DNA of 62,545 nt, filler included, from Choristocarpus tenellus KU-1152 (taxonomy: Eukaryota > Protista > Phaeophyceae), in NCBI GenBank assembly GCA_964200185.2. It is 10 parts of 10 records of this genome, joined end to end, with 100 filler letters (N's around TTAATTAATTAA, not from the genome) between each part and the next. Parts side by side here need not be neighbours in the genome. Positions count along the whole stretch, not along the records: positions 1 to 4,857 come from CAXNAD020012770.1; positions 4,958 to 9,357 come from CAXNAD020014724.1; positions 9,458 to 22,388 come from CAXNAD020001651.1; 7 more parts are not named here. The stretch is one strand, 5' to 3'. Both the position numbers and the translations under genes were made by a program. The notes beneath the pieces were generated by a model, which did not search any database, was not told the origin of the DNA, and saw nothing but the letters and a program-made list of their open reading frames with translations. The number at the start of each line of letters is the position of its first letter. Positions within the stretch are counted from its first letter, which is position 1. Positions 1-12,299 of the stretch are shown here, piece by piece.

Positions 1-295
1 GTGGTTGGGTCAACCTTGGAGGGGTGGGGTGAGAGGGTTGACTGGTTCCTCTCACCTTCCGTGAACCACCCACAAAAAGGTGTTGTCACCCTGATGACGC
101 ACGAGCGCGCGGCTGTAACTGGTCCAATTTTTTCTTATGGTTAGATGAAATGTAACTGTACCCATTCATCATCTTCAGTCTCTCATCAACCTTCACTGAA
201 CCAATATTGATTTTCCCCTTTGTGAGGATTAATGACAAACCAATTCACCTGTTTGCCGAGGCAAGTAAACCAGGGCGGAATCTAGGCTCCCCACC

Positions 296-1648
296 ATGGA
301 ACGTGAAAGTGAAGATGAGAAAGAAGACCAAAGCGAAGGAGAGAGTAGCTTCAACCGTATGATGTGGGAAAAGGCAGCCAAAGACCGCAATGACAGGGAA
401 ATGGCTGAACTACACGAGGAGTGGGGGGAAGCTATGACCAAAAACAAAATGCTGGAAACAGCACAGGCAAGGGATGTGCCACCTTTTGGGGTATGAGAAG
501 AAACGGAGAATCTTGAGAGCTCACAACGACAAGTTGTTGATGACCACAATTCCCTGGTTTCCACCTCAGGAGAATTTCGACAAGGCTGTCGAGATACGCA
601 GTGGCTACGATGAGGCATCTCCGGTAGGTCGCTTGTGGTGTCTCAAAGGAGTCTGCAGCATGAAAGGACACGACTTTACAGCCGCTTCTAAGTTCTTCAA
701 ACGTTCACAAAAGATAGCCAAGGAGGCAGATGATGGAGAATTGCTCCTCTACGCTATGACGAATAGGGCTATCTGCGAATTGATCCTGGGTGACCATAAG
801 AGTGCCCTTTCGCACACCAAGCGTGCTCTCCATATGCTAGAGGTGGACAAGAACGGTTACCCCGAAGTATTGATTGCCAATCTCCTCACAAGGTTCGTTA
901 GGAGAATAAGGGCACTGGACCAGGGGTTAAGGGCAAGTTCGAGACGTTGATATGAAACGAAGAATGGCGATTCTCCCGACTGACCACCTCCTTGCTACCA
1001 GGGCGCAATGCCGGCTAATGACCGGGGAGTTTGCGGAAGGGTGCGAAGAACACCAAGCTGTGGCCAAATTTATGTCCGAAGGCGGTATTACTTTTTCCGT
1101 TCCTGTACAAGCTTTGAGTACAAAGACAAACTACGGTATTTGGTGAGCCAAAGTTTTCTGATTAATTATAACCTATCCGTGACCCGGACTCTCACCCCAC
1201 ACAATAAAATTCCTTCTGTGGCAGTCTCTCTTGAAGATATCTACCCGCCTTCCCTAGGGTCTATTGAAATTTGTGTCCGATTTTGGTAGTCCGATGCATC
1301 TCCCTTTCATTCCACGAATCTCGTCGCAAGGATAGCCTCCTTGGTGCTGGAAATGCGGTTTTAGCAATAAACCAGTTTCAGGAGGCACTAAGTGTTGCTC
1401 GGAAGGATAGAGGAGGTCGTTCTCGACTAGTGCTTGCCCGCTGCCTTTATCATGAAGGAGAGGCACAGCGGCAAGCTGGAGACATCACCTTGGCTACCAA
1501 GCTGCTGAAAGAGGCTGCAAGCATCGCAACAGACCAGTTGGGTGAGAATTGGGATCAAGGTCTTACAGAGCTGCAGTGCTGTTGGCTGGTTGACGACACC
1601 ACAGCACACAATTATATACAGCACATACTTCATCTCACTTGCAAATGA
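296..1648 (+). pseudogene. TPR-like helical repeat protein, frame-disrupted
   Basis: Consecutive ORFs 296-496, 474-950, 952-1146 and 1271-1648 carry TPR-like patterns (LKGVCSMKGHDFTAASKFFKRS; NRAICELILGDHKSALSHTKRAL; LARCLYHEGEAQRQAGDITLATKLLKEA). Frames shift at about 490 (CCTTTTGGGGTATGAG) and about 950 with no evident intron. Confidence 0.45.
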
Positions 1649-1845
1649 TGAACATGATAAGCAGTGCAAGTAGCTATATATATTCTCCCACTCAAACGCT
1701 CTGCATCAGACTTGTTTTTCATACAATTTCGAGGTGGCCGCCTTGTTGTCCACACATACATATAATATAAAAAAGCTCAAACTAATGAATGCATCACATA
1801 TCTATGATACACTATTGATAAAGTGTGTAGGCTGTATATTTCCCA

Positions 1846-4476
1846 ATGTGTTCTGAGTCCTCCCTGCAACACAACACAGAAGTGAAGTCGGATGTCAGCA
1901 ATAGCACAAAGATAGAGGATGAAGAGCAACACAGTTGGGGGTCATTGGTGATTGAAATTTGTAATTCTAGAGGACTGTGCGTGGTGGCTGAAGCTGCGAG
2001 AGGAAAACTTACTTCCTCAGCAGAGTTGGGTGAGGGAAAATGCAGGGAGTATGTTGAAGGAAGTGAGAGGGCAGAAACAAGTCCATCAGTTGATACAAGT
2101 AGCAGCATATTGCAACAAGCACATGGTGGAGGGTTGGTGGCAGAGGGGGCAGCACAACTGGTGGCAAGTGGGGGGAAATGGGAGGACGTGGGAGTGGACC
2201 TGCTCCAGAAGGTCAGCAATGCCACGCTAGAGGGTATTGCATGGGCACTTGTTAACAAGGGGAACACTGAAGGGGTAAGTGTTGTTGGTAATCTGTTTTC
2301 GAAGTATTTTTTCCATCGTCTATGGGTTTTGGTGATGAGCACACTCTATGTACTCTGGATTACTACATTTCTTATATGAAGGACTGTGCTATCGGCCACC
2401 AGCCCTCCATCTTTTCAACCTCAACGTCAACCTCAACCTCAACCTCGATTTTTTTCTGTAAATATCTCATCATAACTGAAGTGGTTCACGTGATTGCCAA
2501 GAGTATTTACTCCTTCCTACTCTAGTTCTCAGACCTGAGTAATGTATCCTAGAGGGTAGAGCCGCGTCTGTTTGGGGACCAAACTCCAATGTTGCAATTC
2601 TGATGTAATTTTGGCTAACCTGTTTGTTAGGAGCGCCAATACCCTTGTTCCGGACACACCTTTTCATAACACATTCATTTTGCCTACTCCGAAACATTTT
2701 GGAGAATGTAAAATGTCATTAAGAACCTCTGGGGAAGCCAAGCCCCAAATGGACAAACAGGGAAAAACTCGTACCCTGTAAGATACTTTCACTCACTGCT
2801 TACAGACTACCCATTTCAGTACTACGAATACCTAACAATATAAGATTCTCTGCCTAAAACACCCCTCACACCTCTGAGAGAGTAACCAATCGAGTAAAGT
2901 TAATCTATTTTGATCTAATCCCTTCCCATTTCAGTGATATCCCTCCCTCCTGTGGCAGTACTGATCCAGCTCTCTGCCTCCTGTAGCCTCTGTTCACACA
3001 GGAGTGAGTCTCTTGTTGTGACCTCAAACTCACAAATGGAAAAATTATATGTACCATGTACCTCAGGTAAAAGCAGTGAAGCGAGCACAGCACCTCGCTG
3101 AAAAACTATCCAAGAAGACGCCAGAGTCCAGAATGGTTGTGGCGGACGGGAAGCTCATGGGAGTGGGCACAGCTATTGGCGCTGAGAGAGTCAGTCAGAT
3201 GGCGGCGGTGAGGCAAAATCCAGGGTTGGTATAGGCATGGAGCTACATCCACACCACCAAGTACTTGGGAATATACCAATATTTATAGTGCGCTTTGTCC
3301 ACTTGGAAGAAAGTTTTGGTGCTTTAGCGATTTTTGATGAGACCTGCACAACTGTCCCTTTTGCTGAGCCAAAGTATCTTAGGGGGTAGAGTTGCGTCCA
3401 TTTGGGGGTCAAAATCCAATGTTGTGATTTCGATGTATTTTTGGCTTTTGTGTTTGTTAGGAAGTTTCAATGTCCTTAGTCCGGACACACCTTTTCATAA
3501 TGTATACATTTTACCTAATCCGAAATATTTTGGAGTATGAAAATGTCATAAAAACCTGGATGGAAGCCAAGCTCCAAAGGGACAAACAGGGCAACATTTG
3601 TACCCTCTAAGATACTTTCACTCTGCCATTTTCCAGAATGTCTCCTACTAAGTGCATCCCTATTGCTGATGCACTTGTATACATCTATGAGCAAGAATGA
3701 GAATGAGGAGCTTCTTTGATGCTGTTCAGGGGGCATGTCAAGTATTTTTATCTCAACATAACAACCTGTACAGTTTCCTTCCGTACATTATTTTTTTAAG
3801 AATACGAGCGAAAGTATCTTAGAGGGTACGAGTTTTTCCATGTTTATCCATTTGGGGCTTGGCTTCGCACGGGTTTTTAAGGACATTTTACCTACTCCAA
3901 AATGTTTCGGAGTAGATAAAATGCATGCGTTATGAAAAGGTGTGTCCGGAACAAGGATATTGACATCTCCTAACAAATATGATAGCCAAAATTACATGAA
4001 AATTGCAACATTGGATTTTGGTCCCCAAATGAACGCAGCTCTACCCTCTAAGATACTTTGACTCTACAGATGCTCAGGGATACCTTAAGCAAGGAAGTAT
4101 TTGAAAAACGTTGCAGACATGTGACATGCCACACATGTCTTATAAAAAACTGAAGCTCTTCAAGCACTCTCATGCAAAGATTTGTACCGCTGTGTGTGAC
4201 CAAATAATCGTTTGTCCAAATCGAATTCTTTGCACTATAGTACTTTGCAGCACTGAACGCCTATCGAGCACCTTGTGTTCTTCTCGGTGACCCTTCCAGT
4301 TGGTTGTGTTTGCTGTCCAAACGGTGTTGCCTCTGGCGTATACTTAGGTTTTGTCAGACGGGTCAGCAGCTGCCCTTTCTGTGTCTTATGCGCACGCAGG
4401 ATCGGTAGACTTAGGGTTAGGGAAGATAGATGGGGCTATGGAGCACTTCTCACGACAACTGGAAGAGGCAAAAAAT
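1846..4476 (+). CDS. Candidate internal exons of an unknown, possibly TPR-containing protein (about 1846-2274, 3067-3225, 4400-4476)
   Basis: Open exon ending GAAGGG|gtaagt (2274) is in phase with ctcag|GTAAAAGCA (3067). A later exon reads LGLGKIDGAMEHFSRQLEEAKN|gtgcgt (TPR-like). Phase between the last two is not resolved. Confidence 0.35.
2537..2794 (+). mobile_element. MITE family A copy (Sola2-like non-autonomous DNA transposon)
   Basis: About 258 bp with degenerate TIRs GAGT..GTATCCTAGAGGGTA / TACCCTGTAAGATACTTTCACTC; internal sequence matches the other copies. Confidence 0.85.
3366..3623 (+). mobile_element. MITE family A copy
   Basis: GAGCCAAAGTATCTTAG...TACCCTCTAAGATACTTTCACTC; flanks TGCT/TGCC (3 of 4 match). 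Confidence 0.9.
3806..4064 (-). mobile_element. MITE family A copy (reverse orientation)
   Basis: GAGCGAAAGTATCTTAGAGGGTA...TACCCTCTAAGATACTTTGACTC; inverted relative to the copy at 3366. Confidence 0.9.
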
Positions 4477-4857
4477 GTGCGTCAGACTATGGATATAAGG
4501 TTGGTGGTAGAATATACTGGGAGGAAATGTAGTGACAGAGGAAACTCTCCGATATCTGTTTGGGGCAAAGATAAATGGCAGGATGGTCTGCTTAGGAATG
4601 TCTTCATGTTATATTATTACTATTACTATTGCCATTACTATTATTATCAAGGCAACTGTTACTAATGAGTAGGTATCGGAACCAAGGAAAAAGAGTGTTG
4701 AGTGTGGAGTTTATGAAAAATAAATCACAAGCAATGCAAAAAAATATGATTACAATATCATGATTGGGGGGGGGGGAGGGGACATGTTGCGAATAGAAAC
4801 ATGTACACCAATTAGGATAAACTACTGGCTGCTGATATCCCTAACCCACACGTTTCT

Positions 4858-4957
4858 NNNNNNNNNNNNNNNNNNNNNNNNNNNNNNNNNNNNNNNNNNN
4901 NTTAATTAATTAANNNNNNNNNNNNNNNNNNNNNNNNNNNNNNNNNNNNNNNNNNNN
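4858..4957. other. Artificial 100-nt contig spacer (44N-TTAATTAATTAA-44N); also at 9358, 22389, 25356, 29895, 36261, 47346, 51723 and 56545
   Basis: Identical structure nine times; TTAATTAATTAA places stop codons in all six frames. Confidence 0.97.
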
Positions 4958-5102
4958 CCCGAAGGGGAGGGGAGGTCAAGTTCGGGCGGGGTAGATGTCT
5001 TCTAGCTCAAAGGCACAGTATGAAGTGGATCATGAAGGGGTGTTCTTGGGTGATTGTGGAGTGGTGTTGAGTGGTAATTTATGTGGGGTTCAAGGGTGGG
5101 GG

Positions 5103-5322
5103 AGTGACTGGAAATCAGGGGCGAAGGGGTCGCACTGGTTGGTCATCGGATGGGGAGGGGGGTGACTGGAAATCAGTGATGAAGGGGGTTGCACTGGTTG
5201 TTGATCATCAAATGCGGGGTGTGACCGGAAATCAGGGGTGAAGGGGTCGCACTGGTTGGTCATCAAAATGTGGGGGGCGACTGGAAATCAGTGGCGAAGG
5301 GGGTTCGCACTGGTTGGTCATC
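5103..5322 (+). repeat. Tandem minisatellite, about 4 units of 55-60 bp
   Basis: Unit GACTGGAAATCAG(G/T)G..GAAGGGG(T)CGCACTGGTTGGTCATC is repeated with G-rich spacers. Confidence 0.85.
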
Positions 5323-5905
5323 AGAGGGGATACATGGGGACGGAAAGGAGTGGGGAAATTAATGAATTGCAAAAAAGGAATAAGATAATAATAATAATAA
5401 TAATCCAGAATTCGTGAGCAAAACAAACACTCTAATCCCACATATGGAACCAACCCTTGTTGAAGCCTGAATCGGATGTATCGTACATGTAAGCAAAATG
5501 CGTAGACTACGAGCGATGAGGAATCATGGTGTTGCAAAGCACTGATGTGTTTATTCTGTTGTAACTGAGGTCATGGATCTCTCAGTCAAGAATGATGCGA
5601 TATGAATTCAGTATTCTTGGTTGCTCAATCCAGAATGATATGATGTGAATTCGGTGTTCTTTCACGACATACTCAACAAAAGAAGTCCATGCTCTGTGAA
5701 GAGGCTTGATACCTTGGCTAGCAAGGGTTTCCGTGGATGGTTTTAACTCTAATTATATTGCATTCAGTTGTGTAGCTGGTACACTCATTGTAGAGAGAGT
5801 TTGGTGCATTGTGAGGGCTCAATGGCAGTCACGAAAGAAATAATAATCAACAATCAACCTATAACTGTCATATCTTCTCCTGATAAGAAGAAAGTGTGAA
5901 AGAAA

Positions 5906-6162
5906 GAGTGAAAGTCTTCTTAGAGGGTACAAGTTTTACCCTGTTTGTCCATTTGGGGCTTGGCTTCCCATGTTGTTTTTTTACATTTTCCTATTCCAAA
6001 ATGTTCAGGAATAGGTAAATTGTATACGTTATGAAAAGGTGTGTCCGAAACATGGATATTGACTCTTCCTAACATATACGATAGCCAAAATAACATCAAA
6101 ATCGCAACATTGGACTTTTACCCCCAAATGGACGCGGCGCTACCCTCTAAGATACTTTGACT
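5906..6162 (-). mobile_element. MITE family A copy
   Basis: TIRs present (last C missing); flanks GAAA/GAAA. Confidence 0.9.
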
Positions 6163-6421
6163 GAAAAACAAGCAAGAGACCAACACAACAAACTTGAACC
6201 AATATGTGATGGAACTCAAGTGACGTATACTATACTATACTATTCGTGTGGAATGGAGAGCGACTGTTCTGTACTAAGGTGTTGTGATTGTAACTGATGT
6301 GGTGATGATGAACTATTGAAAGTAACGTCCAGCACGTAACAGACCAATCAACAGTGAGTGTTAACTGGTGCAACTGTATCGTATCAAGGAACAAACAGAT
6401 GAGTAGCGTATGTTTAACATC

Positions 6422-6489
6422 CAAAAATCGCGACATCTAAGAATCGACCCCAAATGGACAGCCGCCACCCCCTCCCAGATACTTGAGGA
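6422..6489 (+). mobile_element. MITE family B, 3' fragment
   Basis: AATCGCGACAT...CCCCAAATGGACAGCCGCCACCCCCTCCCAGATACTT matches the family B right end. Confidence 0.75.
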
Positions 6490-8269
6490 TAAAAATGAAT
6501 AGTACTGTTACAGTGGATTTGATTGACGAGGCTTCACTTCATCCTGTGTGTGTTTTCATCGACCTCACTCAGTACACTTGTGAAACCTGGAACGTGCTAA
6601 CCACCCCTGCAGGAAAGGGTAAGGACACATGCCGACTAAGATATCTGTTGGTCGGTACACGAGTCACGTACCACCTCCGTAGTCTATTTCCTCCCGTTAC
6701 TTGTTGCAGACAGGTCCTGAGAATTGTAACAACGTTGTACTAGTGTAAGAGGATCTCCCTGCCACTGCCCTACATTTTACTACCAAATGAAGATTCATGA
6801 TATTTGCCTTGTCGGAGTAGAGTGGAGGAGAGACCGAACACAAACCCGAGTCCAGGTTACCGCTCATTCAATATTTTGAGGTATCTGGGCTGGCTTGCAC
6901 CAGGTGTCGGCGCTTGTCCCACCTTGTTCATTTTTCTCAAGGTCCATCTTCCTCGTTTGAAAGATTTCGCCACATCGTTACCCTTTCATTAGAAGTCATG
7001 AGACCTTTGAAATGGGCACTGGTCTCTCTATACCTTTTCAGCTAATCATTGAGTTCAAGTTTCAGACAACAATGCGTGGTTTGCGTACTAAATTCAAAGT
7101 AGAAAGTTCAGGAGACGGCTGCAGGTAGGAGCGTGATCGTGCACTTTTTTATTTCCACTTGCAGAGAATTCTGATGCTCGTCGAATCTACTGTACTGACA
7201 ATGTTGTTTTTGGGTATGGAGGTGTTTCTGCGAGGGGGCAATACTGAACATCAATAATAACAATTTTCTTGACATTGTAGGCAGCATTCTATCTTATGAT
7301 GGTAGTGCGTGGGCCTCTGTGGCGTAACTTGGATAGCGTTCAAAGAGCGGGAAAGTAAGGAATGTAGGCAGGAGGTCTCAGCCCTATGTCAACCTGTGCT
7401 TCGAAATTGATGTTGGCCATGGCAGATAGTCACCCACAGACATATGCAACCTTTCCAAGCAAGCGACAAAGCAACCCCAATCGAAAGCAATTGCAAGCCA
7501 CAACCCACTGCAGTGTATAACCAATAAAGACCACCAAAAGAAAAGAGCAATGTGCACTTATTCTGGTGAAATCGCTTCATATTACATGCTGGAAATAGTG
7601 CGCTAGCTTAGCATGTTGCAAAATGCTCATTGATGATACTTTTAATTCTACCTACTACTGTACAGCAAATATAATTTGAAATATCACAAGCACTGCTGGC
7701 TACCCCTTATTGTGCTCCATACACACACAGGAAAGCAAACGAGCCAGGAACGAAAAACATGCTGCTTCCCTCCCGTAGGCTCCTTGCTGGTCTTCAGTTT
7801 TGCCTCCTATTGGGACGAGTCATTCTGACAACTTCTTTGTTGCCTCTTGAAGAAGATTCTTCTAGCAAGGGGGGAGCCATGACCATGCTGCCCCTGTAAA
7901 CAGGGACATCTCTATGCCTTCAGTCCTATTGGGTAAGCTCTTCCACACAGAAGACTCTTCGGTCCTATCCTACCCAAGCAGCCCGGAGTGCTCTGTGGTA
8001 GGCAGCTTATGTCAGCTCTGTGTGGTAAAGTATGTTGAGGCGTCAGCAATGCAAAGGTGCATGGGCCTCCACTATCCCTCGAGCACTGAATTATGTCCTT
8101 CTATTGCAGAATTTTCTTGTTGCTTGATGGATGTGAGTTAGGACCAGGTTGTGCCTCAATCGAATCTCTGCAGGAATGGGCCTCCAATGATATCGAAGTC
8201 ACATTGTCTGCCATTGGCTGTAACGATATGGATGAGTATCTAGAAACCTCATCATGTTGGAGGAACAAG

Positions 8270-8446
8270 GACCCAAAGTATCTGGGAGGGGGGGGGTCTA
8301 CACAAGGGTGTCTATTTGGGTCAACATCAAGAAAAGTGCATTGACAGTAACCATCCGACGTATGCAACCAAATCACCAAAAAATCGAGACATGAAAAAAT
8401 TGACGCCAAATGGACAGCCGCCACCCCCTCACAGATACTTTGAGCC
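8270..8446 (+). mobile_element. MITE family B copy (about 177 bp)
   Basis: TIRs GACCCAAAGTATCTGGGAGGGGG / CCCCCTCACAGATACTTTGAGCC. Confidence 0.88.
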
Positions 8447-9239
8447 AAGGGAGGAGCAGTGTTTAGTGACTCCCGCTAGGGGACTGGGTATGAACAGTTA
8501 CGGGAAATTTGGTTGACAGTATGAAGTGGGAACAATGCTGAGAAAGATAGTCTAGGTGACCCAAAGAATCTTATAGGGGGACATATTAGACAAGGCCGTG
8601 CGTCCAGGGCTTGATGGGATGCAACCAGGCAGGTGTGAAGCAGGTAGTGTAGGTCACTGTTTTCGTTGCCCTTCTATTTTTCCTCAGAACACCCCACAAA
8701 GCAGGTCCTGAGCAGATTCAGATTGTATTTCTTGGGATTATATGAGAGGAGATGGGATGCCGTTGAGTAGCCTAGCGCATGAAAGGCTCATTGCCCCAAG
8801 CCGTTGGTTGAGTTACATGATGAACATACACTCAATTTTTTAATTCCCTGCTGTCATTAGCACTAATGTATGAATATATGCAAACTCATCATACCACTAT
8901 GTACGTTTCTGCTCTTTATTGTACTGAACTACAGATAAGCGTACTTTAAACTGTGTTATATACTTAGTATAACACTAGTTATTCGACATCATCCCCTTGC
9001 TGGAAACAAGCATTATCTCTTAAAAATCACACACAACAAAATATACTACACACATGTTACCACTCTTCATGTTCATAAAAACTTTATATATGTTGTCTAA
9101 AAACCCTGGCTGGCAAATTCTTGGTCAACACATCTACCCTTTGGTTGGTAGTACCAACAAAAACAATACGAATCTCTTGTTTTCTAGCTAAGCCCCTCAA
9201 AAAATGGTGTCGGACATCAATGTGCCTTGTTCTAGTAGA

Positions 9240-9479
9240 GGCTCAAAGTATGTGTGTGTGTGGGGGGGGGGGGGTCTACACCACGGTGTCCATTCGGGCT
9301 CTGACCAGGAAAAGTGCACTTACATTATCCCCCCCACAGGTGCAACCACAACACCCANNNNNNNNNNNNNNNNNNNNNNNNNNNNNNNNNNNNNNNNNNN
9401 NTTAATTAATTAANNNNNNNNNNNNNNNNNNNNNNNNNNNNNNNNNNNNNNNNNNNNCCCCCCCAGATACTTTGAACCC
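9240..9479 (+). mobile_element. MITE family B ends flanking an assembly spacer
   Basis: Left end GGCTCAAAGTAT... lies before the gap and right end CCCCAGATACTTTGAACC after it; they may belong to two different copies. Confidence 0.7.
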
Positions 9480-9747
9480 ACAGATAACGTAATTATAACA
9501 CTAGGTTATTTGACAATGGATTTGGCTTGAGTCAGGATACTGGCTTAGCAGTTGGGAAACTTAGCACTTACAATTTTTTACAAGGATTAAAATACAAATA
9601 TTGAGTCATTTAGTGTGCCCTTTTGCACAGGTTTCCTAATTGTGGTACAATTAGGGTACTCTGATGTATGCCATCACTAGACCAGAAAAATGGTCACAGC
9701 CTTGAATGGTTCATGCTTACAAGCAAGATGTTGTTGGAGTGAGTGAA

Positions 9748-10013
9748 GAGCCCAAGGTATCTTAGAGGGTAGAGCCGCGTATGCGTCCATTTGGGGGCCA
9801 AAATCCAATGTTGCAATTTTGATGTAATTTTGGCTATCACGTTTGTTAGAAGATGTCAATATCCTTGTTCCGGACACACCTTTTCACAATGTATACATTT
9901 TACCTACTCCGAAACATTTTGGAGTGGGTAAAATGTCATTAAAAACCCGTGGAAAGCTAAGCCCCAAATTGGCAAACAGGGAAAATCTCGTACCCTCTAA
10001 GATACTTTCACTC
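9748..10013 (+). mobile_element. MITE family A copy
   Basis: GAG...CTC termini with perfect 4-bp TSD TGAA/TGAA. Confidence 0.92.
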
Positions 10014-10137
10014 TGAAGTGTGTTAGTGCAAAGCAGATTTGCACTGAACTTCTTTTTCAGCACTTTCTATCATGGATAATCCATTCGACGGCTTATACTT
10101 AATTTGAGCTACGAATTATACTCCTGAGTCAGGATGT

Positions 10138-10397
10138 AACCCAAAGTATCTGGGAGGGGGAGGGGTCTACACGAGGGTGTCCATTTGGGCCATAACCAGG
10201 AAAAGTGCAATTACATTATCCATCCGACTTATGCAACCAAATCACCCAAAATCGTGACATGGAAAAATGGTCCCCAAATGGACAGTTGCTACCCCCCCCC
10301 CCCCCCCCCCCCCCCNNNNNNNNNGTATTAAAATATTTTTTTTGAAGGTCTCACCAAAACATGCCGCCCCCCCCCCCCCCCCCAGATGCTTTGAGCC
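10138..10397 (+). mobile_element. MITE family B copy (small N gap inside)
   Basis: CCCAAAGTATCTGGGAGGGG...CCCAGATGCTTTGAGCC. Confidence 0.8.
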
Positions 10398-10990
10398 TGT
10401 CCTCATTGCACATTCACACACATACCTGGGATGGCACTTTTGCCTTCTACTCTCTTTTCACTTCCTCTGTTGAACACTCAACTACCCCCTAACCTGCAGC
10501 TTGATAGTGGACGATAGAGTCATGATATGTTATTTCTCCACACAAACTGACTCTCCTGTGCACATATCTGCACTGCTCTCCTGGGGTAGGTGAACGATCT
10601 GGAGATGATGCGGATGGACATGCGGGTGGCTGAAGAGTTCATGTGTGTATACAAGGATATTATTGAGTGCTACTCGGAAACAGTCAGCCACATAGCCTCT
10701 GGACCTATGGTTGCCATGCAAATAAAGGTCATTCTTGACATTAACATTATTAGACCTCTTTAGTAGAAATTCCTCATGCCAGAAAAAATCCTTACGTCTT
10801 TCCTGCCATATATATGGCATCTCAATAGTGTAGTAGAGGAAAGTTCCTGACTGCCCATGATCTCCCAAGTATTGTGGAATGCCATCGCAAATTAGGTGTA
10901 AAATTCTCCCCTTCCTCACCACATGCACCAATATACCCCCCCCCCCCCTCCTGCCACCTCTCCTCCTCGTCCTCCTTGATTATAGTCTTA

Positions 10991-11247
10991 GACCCAAAGC
11001 ATATAAGGGGGTAGGGCCGCGTCCGTTCAGGGTCATAAATCCAATGTTTTGATTTTGACGAACTTTGAAAATTGTGTTAGTTAGCAAGTGTCTATATCCA
11101 TGCTCCGGACACACCTTTCATAGTCATACACATTTTAGGTAACTGTGTTCACACAGAAAACCGAAAAAGGGTATAGAAAACTTGTGGGAAGTCAAGCCCC
11201 GAACGAACAAACAGGCAAAACTCCTACCCTCTTAAATGCTTTGGCTC
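10991..11247 (+). mobile_element. MITE family A, divergent subfamily A2
   Basis: GACCCAAAGCATATAAGGGGGTAGG...CCTACCCTCTTAAATGCTTTGGCTC; same layout as family A, with diagnostic changes shared with the copy at 26416. Confidence 0.8.
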
Positions 11248-11288
11248 TTACACTCTCTACACTGTCCTCTCCACCCCTACATATGCAG

Positions 11289-12005
11289 GGTGGAAGTAAC
11301 GTAGTTGAGGACTTCAGGCAAGTGTGCGGGCCTGTAGATCCAGAAGTGGCACGTGTACTGAGGCCGGGCACTCTGCGTGCAGAGTTGGGAGTTGAACGGG
11401 TGAGAAAGAGGGCAATTAAACACCGTTGTTCAACCACAATTGAAAACAGTTCATTCAGCTCTTGGCAAAGCTCTTTCAGACCGAGGAACCAATGGACCAT
11501 ACTACAGCTGACAAGATTGCAGACTGTAGCCAATCGTACAGATAGATGTAGGGTACCATTCTGGACTATGATTTCCACAGAGTTACCTCTCTCCACACAT
11601 ACTACAGACACTCGTATATACACATATCCTGCTCAATCCAGTACCGCAAGCCACTGAAACACTCACAGACACGTTTGGTGCATGATGCAAATGTTATCAA
11701 GGTGAGTGGATAGAATGAGATGGTGAGTCTGAGGGCATTGCATGACGCAGATTCTGCGACTCTAAGAGAGCTAGTCCACAATACACATCTCTTTGAGTTA
11801 CCATTTTTCACAGGAGACAGTTAAGTTAGTACATGCCTGACCCTGGCTCTAGTTTAACCTACAGATACCCCTTTCCACCGTGATGACCCCTTGCATGTGT
11901 ACGGTGGGGGGGGGGCAGGCGACTAATGCTGTTCACTGCACAGATCTTGCAGAAGACGGCTGGCTTGAGTGCCAGTATGTGTTTGGAGTGCTTCGACCTG
12001 CTTAA
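11289..12005 (+). CDS. NME7: Nucleoside diphosphate kinase 7-like, last two exons (11289-11399, 11919-12005)
   Basis: Spliced translation GGSNVVEDFRQVCGPVDPEVARVLRPGTLRAELGVER|ATNAVHCTDLAEDGWLECQYVFGVLRPA* carries the NAVHCTD motif typical of the second NDK domain of NME7. GT-AG intron is in phase 0. Upstream exons not found. Confidence 0.8.
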
Positions 12006-12299
12006 GGCCAAGCTTAATCCAAATAAGGAGATGGAAATTTGATGATGAGGAAGGTTCATATGTGTGTTATAGAGGCCGTTAGTGAGGACGTCCACTGCAC
12101 TTTGTGTGCCAATCATATTTCAGAGATGAATGAGCACTCCTGAGTAAAACAAATGTGATGCCAAGATTGACTTGGAGAAATATGCAGGCCAATTGCGCCT
12201 CCCACAGGACAATAGAACTATCATCTGGGGATGGAGGAGATGCTGTCGTTATTGTGAGAAACAAAATTGTTTGCTTCTAACTACCGAAGAGGTTCTTTG

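Noticed and set aside
480-496. Programmed ribosomal frameshift at CCTTTTGGGG
   Set aside because: It is not a canonical X XXY YYZ slippery site and further frame breaks follow; pseudogene or assembly error is simpler.
2572-2781. Recurrent short ORFs with ILVPDTPFHN / YPLRYF motifs (also 3334, 3788, 24016, 59310)
   Set aside because: They are translations of MITE A copies; frames and stops are not conserved.
4902-4913. TTAATTAATTAA as a biological motif or piggyBac target
   Set aside because: It is always centred in 44N+44N; it is an artificial six-frame-stop linker.
5103-5322. Repeat-spacer-like array as a CRISPR
   Set aside because: Units are degenerate, the spacers are short related G-rich tracts, there are no cas genes and the context is eukaryotic; it is a minisatellite.
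7164-7354. Small splice-bounded segments as upstream NME7 exons
   Set aside because: Translations show no DM10 or NDK similarity and they lie on a different contig.
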